Origin: Eledone cirrhosa
Taxonomy: Eukaryota
NCBI GenBank assembly: GCA_964016885.1
Contig: OZ024742.1
Location: 267,096,001 to 267,160,000, forward strand
Reading direction: 5' to 3'
DNA length: 64,000 nt
Below the pieces are notes generated by a model that worked only from the letters and a program-made list of their open reading frames with translations, did not search any database and was not told the DNA's origin. Numbering within the stretch: position 1 is the first letter of the stretch; each line of letters opens with the position of its first letter. A program made the position numbers and the translations under genes. Shown one piece after another: positions 53,790-64,000 of the stretch.

Positions 53790-55159
53790 AGAGTATTGAA
53801 GTTTGCTTGAAGCATTGTGGAATAATAAATAAATATCTTTAAGTCGTTTGGACTCTTCGACAATGCAAATGGGTAAATCTCCGGGTAACAAGATCCGGTG
53901 GTGGAGAGAGAGATGTAAGTGGGTGTACGTTGGGATGCGTGGTGTGTAAAGATGTGTAAATGTGTAGAAGAAAGAGGGGAAGAGTATAAAGGATAAAATA
54001 AAAATAACAACACAAGAGAGAGTTACCTTGGGAGAGATTTAATAGTCCCTATATATTTCGGATTCACATCCATCAACTGGGGTTTTTTCCGGGGTAAAGG
54101 TTGTCTGTCGGACAAGTGCGAAACGCATCCTCCGCTGTTTGTTGTTTTGAATATCTGAGGTATTCGGCAGAGCGCGCGTAAGGCGTATCGGGCAGTCTCT
54201 GAGGGAGCATGCGTCTCTGAGGGAGCTGTTGCCTACGCACATACGTCGTGTATAAGATAGAATGTGACAGGTGCAACCAATACTACATAGGTAGCACAAT
54301 CCGACCTTTGCACATCCGGATCAAGGAACACACTAAAACCAAGGCCTCGTCTTTCCGGAAACACATAGACAAATGCGGAAACAAAGACGGAAGGCCCACT
54401 GTCACAATTCTAGCGACTGAAAGAAACGTCGGCACGTTACGTATCAAGGAAGCACTTTTTATCAAACGCCTGCAACCGCAAATAAACAACCGATTAGAGA
54501 GAAGCGAAATGAGATGGCTGGTTTAAGTTAACAAACGATGTAGCAACACACAACACACGCACACACAAACGAGACAACTATACACACACACACACACACA
54601 GTAGCATTCCACCATACGAACATACTACGCTGCCAATACAGAGGAACAAGGCAACTACACCCGCACACACACACACACTCAAGCGAGACAACAACATACG
54701 CACACACACACACAGTCACATTTAACAAACAGACAGAGAATGGACTGACAGCTAGCGCCACCCCACTCCCTCATTCGGCCACTGACCTCTGCTCGACCGA
54801 CGCCATTTCACGCGCACGCGCGCTCTGCCGAATACCTCAGATATTCAAAACAACAAACAGCGGAGGACGCGTTTCGCACCTGTCCGACAGACAACCTTTA
54901 CCCCGGAAAAAACCCCAGTTGATGGATGTGAATCCGAAATATATAGGGACTATTAAATCTCTCCCAAGGTAACTCTCTCTTGTGTTGTTATTTTTATTTT
55001 ATCCTTTATACTCTTCCCCTCTTTCTTCTACACATTTACACATCTTTACACACCACGCATCTCAACGTACACCCACTTACATCTCTCTCTCCACCACCGG
55101 ATCTTGTTACCCGGAGATTTACCCATTTGCATTGTCGAGACTTCCAAACGACTTAAAGA

Positions 55160-55165
<6 letters not shown>
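53790..55165 (+). mobile_element. 5'-truncated PLE (Penelope/Poseidon-like) with upstream inverted copy of its 3' end
   Basis: Arms ~53830-54179 / ~54817-55165; GIY-YIG ORF between them; HHR-like CaGtTGA-TGGAT(GTGA)ATCC-GAAA-TATA-TA-GGG at ~54912-54949. Confidence 0.85.
54248..54526 (+). pseudogene. GIY-YIG endonuclease domain (open frame, but 5'-truncated element)
   Basis: VYKIECDRCNQYYIGSTIRPLHIRIKEH..H..C..LRIKEALFIKRLQPQINN. Confidence 0.9.
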
Positions 55166-55213
<48 letters not shown>

Positions 55214-55421
55214 CGGTCAAGGTGATATATATATATGGGAGAACTCGGCGTATGAAAGCTGTTAGAACAGCAAAATGCCATCGAAACGGTGTTCGGTAAA
55301 ATATTACTTCGAAGGACAGAGATCAGCGGCTAGATGTGAGTTGGCTCGAAGGAAGGAACAGAAGATAGGAAGGAGGGAAAAGAATGTATGAAGGCGGACA
55401 GGTCACAAACATTAATATACA

Positions 55422-55473
55422 CTCATCAGGTCTCAACCTCCAACAGTTTCGACGAATTAATGAGTCTAATGCT
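55422..55473 (-). ncRNA. Putative permuted hammerhead (family P4) within element ~55210-55540
   Basis: AGCAT-TA-GACTCA-TTAATTCGTC-GAAA-CTGTT-GGAGGT-TGAGAC-CTGATGA-G; one mismatch each in stems I and III. Confidence 0.5.
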
Positions 55474-55540
55474 TAGGACAGGAGGCTCGTAACCGTGAGT
55501 CAAATAACTTCGTTCATATATTGTTTGCGTTGGGACAGGT

Positions 55541-55644
<104 letters not shown>

Positions 55645-55748
55645 GAGGGATGAAGTGCGTCTGATCGACCCTAAATCGTCGCAAGAAAGAAAGAATGTCA
55701 GTATCACTAGGGCTGGCTTGCAGAAGGGAGAGGGAGAGAGAGATAAAG

Positions 55749-55815
<67 letters not shown>

Positions 55816-55879
55816 AAGGAAGAAGTAACAGTGGGAGAGAGGGGGAAAGATAGAGCAGTGAGAGAGAATGGAGAGAAAG

Positions 55880-56185
55880 ATATTTGATACATTTATGTAT
55901 GAGCTGTGATAGGGTGAGAAATAAAATTCTGATTTTATGTTTAGTTTTCGGCAAGGCCAGCCGTAACTCACTCGGTATCCAAAGGAGGCTACTCAACCAA
56001 TGTCTACTTAAAAAAATACTATATATTTTCAACCGTTCAACAGATTGGCAGAGATATTCAGTCTTGATGAAGGGTAATGACCCAGAAACATGTTGATTGT
56101 TCGTCAATGCCAGTGTTGAACAAATGGATGATGATTTATCATTGGCACGGCACAAATTTATCGGGCCGTTTTTTTACAAACAAAT
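55880..56185 (+). mobile_element. Octamer-family HHR element; HHR at 56059-56099
   Basis: CAGTC-TTGATGA-AGGGTAATGACCCA-GAAA-CATG-TT-GATTG; similar to 17865-18200. Confidence 0.75.
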
Positions 56186-57135
56186 CCACAAGATTCCCAT
56201 TTTCCTATGGCTTATAATATTCCATTGAATGGAGTAATCCAGGCCTGCGAACTTGAGAGACCACAATTGCCTTGCGAGCTTCGTTGAAGATCCTTTGTCT
56301 GGGTGTCTGAATGTCCATAGATGATTCAGGAAGAGTTCTTTAGACCAGCGCTCCACCATACCTACATAGAGAAGAACCCCATATGGATGCTCTTACCGAA
56401 GGCCGCAAGCTTGTTTCCTTCAACGACAGTGCAACACACCCGCTGTAATTTACGAAGGTTTTGTCACTTCTAACCTACCAAATCAACAACAAGCGGTCTA
56501 ATCCTATGTAGGTATGGCGAAGGGCCGGTTCAATGAACGCTTCCTGAATCATCTGTCTTCATTCGGACACCCGGCCAAATGACCGTCCACAAAACTCGCA
56601 AGCCACACCTGGTCACTCAAGGACACAGGCGTGGATTACTCCATTCAATAGAAAGTTATACTCTAAGACATACGGAAATGTTAATCCGCCTTGTGACCTG
56701 TGCATTGAAGAAATAATCAATATCTTGAGGAGTTGGCGTAATAGTGCTTGTCTAAATACAAAATCTGAGTTCTACTCACGTTGCCCGCAGGTTTCTAAAC
56801 ATCTATTACGTAATTTTAAAGCCCCAGACTGATTACTGGACCACTATACAGAATAGCATGAACAATCTATTATATTCTGAGTTTTTGCAGTCACTCCTCC
56901 TCCCACACATTGATCTATTGATCTAACGTGAGTTATCTCCCCTTTTGTAAGAACTTCTGCACATGCATATTCGTATAATTGTTTTCCTCTTCCGTATAAT
57001 CTCATTTAAACCGAGCTGGTGATCTGTTTAATAAAGTGTTCTGAAATGGTGAATTAACCGTTGTGGAACTACTTCTACTAAACTCGTCCCATGGACTGAG
57101 TGCTCTAATACTACGGATATAGCCCACCAGTTTTA
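56185..57135 (+). mobile_element. Degenerate Nematis-like PLE 3' end (GIY-YIG 56410-56830) with inverted fragment 56185-56370
   Basis: C..PAVIYEGFV..YVGM..FNERFLNHLSSF..TKLA..WSLK..DYSI..CDLCIEE..LNTKSE..CP; 3' UTR similar to 61800-61930 (-). Confidence 0.8.
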
Positions 57136-57137
57136 TA

Positions 57138-57213
<76 letters not shown>

Positions 57214-57891
57214 CAACAGAAATTTTAATTTGTTTAAATTTTCATTTGTATATACACAGCACGATAAAATGTACATCATCAAGTGAGATACACAATGTAT
57301 AATACATACTGCTACAGAATACATGCCAAAGCTGAGACACCGATTTAAGAAACAAAGACAGTTATTTTATCTTGCAATGCCTGCAGACTGAGCAGACAAT
57401 CTAGTGCAAGCTGATGTGTCTTCCCTGAATCTATCATTATCGGATATTTCTTAAACTTCACATTGAAATATGACTATTGAAATATTTTAAATGTGTTTCT
57501 TCATATTTGTTTGTCATAAATTGTCTCTCGTGTACACCTACCCCCATCCACCCCACCACACACACGCACACACGGTCCCCCATCACCCTCTATTATGCTC
57601 TCTGTTTTTCCTTTTTCTACATATATTTTCAATGACTTGTAATATTTAAAAATGATGGTATACAGCAGAGAGAGAGAGAAAGCGAGAAAGAAAGAGTGAG
57701 GGAGAGAAATAGAGAGAGAAAGAAAGAGAGAAGGAGAGAAATAGAGGATGTAAGGAGAGACAGAAAAAAACGGAGAAAGAGTGTGAAAGCTAGAGAGAAA
57801 AATTCATTTAGGTTTTATATCACCGAAATTGTTTTCCTTATTTTTAATACTTCTCTGATAGATATATGTGTATTTGTGTGCGCACGCGCGC

Positions 57892-57965
<74 letters not shown>

Positions 57966-58193
57966 CACGAAGTACTTTTGTTTATATGTGCTGCAAATAT
58001 TTCAATAATATTCTTGTTATTTTTTGTAAGAATATAATTGAATTCTTTTTGTTCATTCCTATATGTAATAAATTAAAGAAAATCTCTCCCTCTATTTCAC
58101 TTAATTTAGAAGAAAAGCATTTTCCTATCATATTTCAAGTTTATCGTTTCAATTTTATTTTCAATTACCAGTTTCACTTATTACGTGAATATA

Positions 58194-58272
<79 letters not shown>

Positions 58273-58299
58273 GAAACGCACAACTTGCAAATCTTACAA

Positions 58300-58740
58300 C
58301 TGACAGAATAATTGAAAATAGACCAGCACTAAACATAAAGCATGAAATGTTCTCTTTGGTTCCAAGGAACATAAACCACATTGAATTGTCCTAGCCAGAA
58401 TAAATATAGCAAAAAAACCAAAAAAAAAAACCTGTAGTGAAGATACCGTGGGGACTACTGATATAACTAAATCTAAGGACATTATACATGATACACTTGT
58501 TAAAATATATCCTACTTATAATCTAATATATAACGACACAAATTCCCATAATAGTAATAAGACTAAAAATATGTAAGGAGATAACTGTACTAACTTTAGA
58601 AAGGGATATGTCCAAAATTTCTCCCATAACAGATCTAATCAAAATTGCAAATGTAGGGTTAAAAATGAATGGTCACTTAAATTAAAGGGGCTAGTTAAAA
58701 ATATAATATACAAACATAAGTACAAATGTAATCTAGAATA
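58300..58740 (+). pseudogene. Degenerate Nematis-like PLE fragment (thumb to endonuclease start)
   Basis: NSHN..; [18 protein letters not shown] resembles CNCR.K..CPL..CL.KN.IY. Confidence 0.45.
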
Positions 58741-58746
58741 ATATTC

Positions 58747-58782
<36 letters not shown>

Positions 58783-58812
58783 TCCACCTGGTTCCTTACC
58801 ACATTTCCTTCG

Positions 58813-58869
<57 letters not shown>

Positions 58870-59423
58870 TCGTTTCTGAATTTGTTTAGCAAGATTCGTT
58901 ATCTGAATACGTGTGTTGAAACCGATATCACAGAGGCAATAAACATAAATGAACTCCAACCAAAATTAAATAGAAAGCATGAATGGAATAGCAACATCAC
59001 AACTTACAATTAAGGACAAAATGAAAACACACACACATGAACAAACAATAAACCAGTAACATGTAAATAAACAAATAAATAAACAGATAAAAACACACAC
59101 ATACACCCGGATGTAACACATACGCAAACTAAGCACACAACACACACAAAAAGAAGATGGCGTAGGACAGAACAAAGGAGAGACACAAAACAAAGAAAGA
59201 AGAGGTCACAGAATGTGTGACCAAAGAACTCTGACAATATATGAACAACCGTCCGGTTGTGGAACCAACCAACCAACCAACCGGAAATTTATTAATTTTT
59301 TTTAAAGAATTAAAAAAAAAAGTTTTGAAAAGTTTTTTAATTTATAATAAATTGGAGTGAAAGCGACTGGTGCATGTGTTTCTTATTGGCAACATGACCC
59401 TCCCAAAGTATAACAATATAAAT

Positions 59424-59459
<36 letters not shown>

Positions 59460-59494
59460 GTATATATATATATATAGAGAGAGAGAGATAGAGA

Positions 59495-59695
59495 TATAGG
59501 AAAATGTATGACCCCGACGGCAGAGCTCAAGCCATTTCGACGGCTATTTCTGTAGTCCTGAAATAGCCGTCGAAACGGCTTGAGCTCTGCCGTCGGGGTC
59601 ATACATTTTCCTATCACCCACTCTACTCCCCTAAGTATTGAGTACTCTGGTGCGTTATGGTCCATCTGGTTCTTTACCACAACTCCTTCGTTATA
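59495..59695. repeat. Fold-back element (arms ~59496-59550 / ~59560-59615); 3' end also at 58780-58815
   Basis: ATAGGAAAATGTATGACCCCGACGGCAGAGCTCAAGCC..TTTC and its reverse complement, 9-nt loop. Confidence 0.8.
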
Positions 59696-60534
59696 TATAT
59701 ATATATAAAAGCACCAGTAATTTCTACGTAACGCCATTATCCACATTTCCACATCTTTAGCTACAGTAAACTGGCTAATACAACATCAATGACAGAGGCA
59801 GTTTAACAATGCAAGCATAAAAATAACAGAAACGAGTTTGAATTTTAAAAAGAGCCAAAGCCTATCAAGGGCAAACACAGCCCACAGAGCTCCCATAAAG
59901 TATTGACAGAGCTCCCATAAATTATTGCACATTATGATTTCCAAGTAAACTTTATTAAACGAAAACAGAAATTAATAACAAAGTCCTATAAACATTTAGA
60001 CAGACAACCACATTAGATAATAACAACACGTGGATACTAAAAATTCCTAGACAAAGTACTAATTTTCCAATTCTCTCCAGTTCAATGAGTACTCATAGCA
60101 TCCCGATTCACAACGAATAATAACTGAAGATACATACTCCACGAGTCAGATCTCACAAACGGGTGAGCTGAGGTGCAAGGGTGTATGTACGTCCAGGTGA
60201 GTGTGAATATGGACAAGCATGTATAATAACCTCTGTATATTTATGTATAATTGTGTATATGTATGCACAAAGTAAACGGAAACAACAAAGCAAACAACAC
60301 AGTACAATGAAGAAGTACGTTAGCATGTCACAGTAGTCCTTCATAAGAAGATAAATTGAGAAAAAACTGAAATAGAAAGATTGTGACGTATGTATATGTA
60401 TGTGTATGAATAAGTATATATGGATGGTAAGTGTATGAATATATATGTGCATGAGTAAATGTATATACAAAGGTGTATGGATGGTATGTGTATGCATATG
60501 AACGTACATGCATATAAGCGTACATAGACACATG

Positions 60535-61575
60535 ATCTACTGCGGGTTTCTAATGTTTCGACGCATTAAAGACAATTCAGTGTGTTAATAACTTCATGAT
60601 GTTATTAGAGAAGGAAAAAAAACAAAAAAAAGAGACGATAGCGAAGAGAAAGAAAATAAACAGAATGCAAAAAGAAAACATAGCGACAGAAAGGGGGAAA
60701 CACGAGACAGTAGTTCATGTATGTAGCAGTAACCAAGGGGAGAGATGAAGGTTTAAAAAGGCGGCTGAGAGTAAGCTCTGAAACCTTATTAACAGCATGA
60801 GAGAGAGCAAAGAGAAAGACGTCTGATCAGGATAGATGTATTGTCTTTAATGCATCGAAACATCTATGACCCACAACAGACAACTGAAGAGGGGAATTGT
60901 CTTATGTTTGTGTTTCCCTAACATTTCTAAACACTCTTTATTAGTAACCACACAGGACTTCGTCCCTTTTAATTATTGTTAATTTATTGCTGTGACCTCC
61001 GTTCTATTCTCTCTATCTCACTTGTTGGTATCCCGCTCTTGGGCTGAAGTCCTACCATTTGGATTAACTCTTTTCCTTCCCCCTTTCTCCCTCTTTCTTT
61101 CTCTCTCCCTCTCTCTCTACTACTCACTTATACTCTTTCTCTCCCACCATCTATACCCTTTCTCCCCCTCTCTCTTTACTCTCCTACAACTTCCGTTTTC
61201 CTTCGTCTCTCCCTCTTTATGCCTGTTCTCGCTAAAATGAGACGTGTTTCTCTTTGCTCTCTCTCATGCTGTTAATAAGGTCTCAGGGCTTAGTCTCGGC
61301 CGCCTTTTTAACTTCTTCATCTATCCCCTTGGTTACTGCTACATACATGTACTACTGTCTCATGTTTCCCCCTCTATATCGCTATGTTTTCTTTTTGTCT
61401 TTGTTTATTTTCTTTCTCTTCGCTATCGTCTTTTTTTTGTCTTTTCCTTCCCTAATAACTTCCTGAAGTTATTAACGTACTGTATATAGATGTATTGTCT
61501 TTATTGCGTGAAAACATCCGAGACCCACAGCAGACAACTGAAGAGGGGAACTGTCTTATGTTTGTGTTTCCTTTG
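60535..61575 (+). mobile_element. Retrozyme-like element family P3: inverted segment (60535-60824) plus 654-nt partial tandem
   Basis: ATAGATGTATTGTCT at 60832 and 61486; 60535-60824 mirrors ~61240-61535. Confidence 0.8.
60832..60891 (+). ncRNA. Putative non-circularly permuted hammerhead ribozyme (family P3; second copy 61486-61545)
   Basis: ATAGATG-TA^-TTGTCT-TTAATGCATC-GAAA-CATCTAT-GACCCACAAC-AGACAA-CTGAAGA-G; 7-bp stem III, 6-bp stem I. Confidence 0.75.
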
Positions 61576-61794
61576 TATATATATATATATATATTATTGG
61601 GTAAAATGACAGTAGACTGGACTGGTGAGATTCCTTCAAAGATTTATTATAGCAAACACTATGCATATTTCAATGACCAGTTTCCGTAGGTTTCTTGTGA
61701 CAACATCAGGTGTTTATTGTATAAAAGTCATATAATAAAGGAGTAATGGAATCAACAAACCTAAATGAATATATATATCTATATATATATATAT

Positions 61795-62005
61795 AGTGGT
61801 AGAACACTGGAAGGTAATATTCGTAGAGCTAGAGCACTCAGTCCATAGGACAAGTTAGGTATAAGTGATTACACAACAGTTAGTTGACCATACCGAGAAC
61901 AATTGTTTCACCTTAGCGGATTCTCAGCTCGTAATCTGAGGATCCGCTAATGTGAAACAATTGTTCTCGGTATGGTCAACTAACTGTTGTGTAACCACTT
62001 CTATA
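61795..62005. mobile_element. Short fold-back HHR element (HHRs 61894-61931 on -, 61936-61969 on +)
   Basis: CGAG-CTGAG(G/A)A-TCCGCTAAGGT-GAAA-CAATTG-TT-CTCG; homologous to 57010-57130. Confidence 0.75.
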
Positions 62006-62013
62006 TATATATA

Positions 62014-62193
62014 TTGAACTTAGTTGAATTCTTCCAAAGAGAGTGGAGAGAAAGAGAGAGAGGAGAAAATAAGAAAGATATATTTATTCGTACTGTATAT
62101 CGATATCGAAAGGTAGAAAGGTAAATATAACTTCGGTGTGATTTGAACTGTGGTGCCATATATATAAATATATACGCGCGCAGATACGCACAG

Positions 62194-62239
<46 letters not shown>

Positions 62240-62557
62240 GTACATATGTGAAGGGTTACGTATGCTATATTTACTACAGAATACAAATTTACATTCTTTT
62301 CACTTGGAAGAGCTTTAGCTTTAGAACAAAATACGTGTAGATAAATTCATATATCTAGGAGCATACTAGCAGTCATTAGAACGTCAGTTTCCTTCACGGT
62401 ATTCATCCCTGGCACCACAGTTCAAATCACACCGCAGTTATATTTACCTTTCTACCTTTCGATATCGATAAATACAGTACGAATAAATATATATTTCTTA
62501 TTTTCTCCTCCCTCTCTTTCTCCTCTCTCTCTTTGGAAGAAGTCAACTAAGTTCAAA
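62014..62557. repeat. Inverted repeat (arms ~62014-62158 / ~62410-62557) around a CA tract
   Basis: TTGAACTTAGTTGA..TGTGGTGCCA mirrored by TGGCACCACA..TCAACTAAGTTCAA. Confidence 0.85.
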
Positions 62558-63240
62558 CTTAGAGAGGAATGGGCACCGGCATGTTTCAATGTCTATACAA
62601 CTCAATAGAGTTCAACCGGCATGTTTCAATGTCTATACAACTCAATAGAGTCATGCTATGCCAGACACTGGCAAGAGCTATAGATTGAGAAAAACAGTCA
62701 AGATGATATATACACACATCCTCCTTAACGACATATGATACAGTGAACAGAATTAATACTTCAATCAGGAGTTGGCTGATTTTTTAAATCTCACAGAAGT
62801 ACTGTAATTGCCGCAATATGATATCAACGGACAATTTAGATATTTCTTTTATATAATTGAGACATCCAGCATGAAAAATTATTTTCATTACATTTACGAA
62901 ATATCTATTCGATAACTAATAATATGGTAGTTTCTTTCTTGGCGTGATTTTTAATATTATACTTTTTTGGCAGACCTCTTAAAGTTTACGGATTCTACAT
63001 TTAGTGTGTTGTTAATTGGTTTTGGTTTTCTTGAAACATCGGACGGTCTCGGACGATTTCAGTTGAGCGACCAATGTGTATGGACTAAAATAGCAACTAC
63101 ACTACTGATCACTGTATCACTGACTGTAGAATGTGAGGTATTTATACATTCTATGTGTTACACGCAAAAGAAAGGATATAAAACATATCAATATTAATTA
63201 TTATGTACATACATCGATACATGCGATATTTTTTACTCTT

Positions 63241-63319
<79 letters not shown>

Positions 63320-63800
63320 CTGAGAGGGTCGTGGGGGCAGAGTCCTCAAACCCTCCTTCAGCGGGTCCTGTCAGAACCAAACGTCTCCAACTGACTTGGT
63401 TTGAACCCCAAGCTAGAGCATCCAAACTCAAGGATGTTATCCAAACATCTTGCTCGTGGTCTACACCTGGTTTGCCTGTAATATCTGTCCAGCGATTCTT
63501 TCATAAGACATTCTAACCATATGTCCATAGTATCGGATCTGTTATCTCTCAATTCGGAGAAATAGCGGCTCTACATGGAGTGATTCAACGATCTCCGAGC
63601 CTCGCACACTATTGAGTAACGTTACTTCAAAGACACTTCGGGGGAACAAAAAAGAAAATTTGAACGCACATGGTGAGGAACGTAATATTATGAGGTTACA
63701 TACAGGCCAAGGAAATGCTATGACTAGCAGGGTGTTTGGTCTAAAAAGATGCAGCTCTACCATAACTTATTGTTAGGAGCAGAAGTATATGTATTAAAAT
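63320..63800 (-). mobile_element. RTE-type LINE 3' fragment ending in (AAT)n(AAG)n
   Basis: VTLLNSVRGSEI.ESL.VEPL.LRIER..RYYGHMVRM..; RPRARCLDNI. Confidence 0.65.
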
Positions 63801-64000
63801 GTTGATTAATACGGAAAGTTATTAATCATATTGACTGACTAAAATATAGGATAACTATTTTGTATAGGCTAACCATCTTGAATCTATTGTGTCTATTCGT
63901 ATATCATGCATTTATTAAGATGAAAATTTAACTGACGATTGGGTGTTTTATCTTATCGTTCCACCGATTTCTCTTTCAACCATGAAACAGCTGTATAGAA

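Overview
Eukaryotic, AT-rich, microsatellite-saturated DNA with no supportable host gene. The tRNA-derived SINE family and (TA)n/(CA)n density suggest an octopus or other coleoid cephalopod (inference from recognition). Almost everything is transposon-derived: Penelope-like element (PLE) remnants (RT and GIY-YIG), two R4/Dong-type RLE LINE copies, four L1/Tx1-like LINE copies associated with (ATT)n, RTE fragments, SINEs and a non-autonomous Helitron. The dominant structure is a dense set of short non-coding elements inserted into (TA)n tracts. Many show an inverted segment plus a partial tandem repeat of 415-654 nt, and together they carry more than 20 minimal type I hammerhead ribozyme (HHR) motifs. 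The top finding is that four divergent families carry a non-circularly permuted (pseudoknotted) hammerhead with strand order [stemIII-UH-stemI] [10-nt linker-GAAA-stemIII'] [stemI'-CUGANGA]. Compensatory changes in stems I and III and the 10.1-11.1 pair support it. Tandem copies would release 520- and 654-nt monomers, as for retrozyme-like circular RNAs. All ribozyme calls are by eye and untested. Most short ORFs in the track are microsatellite artefacts.
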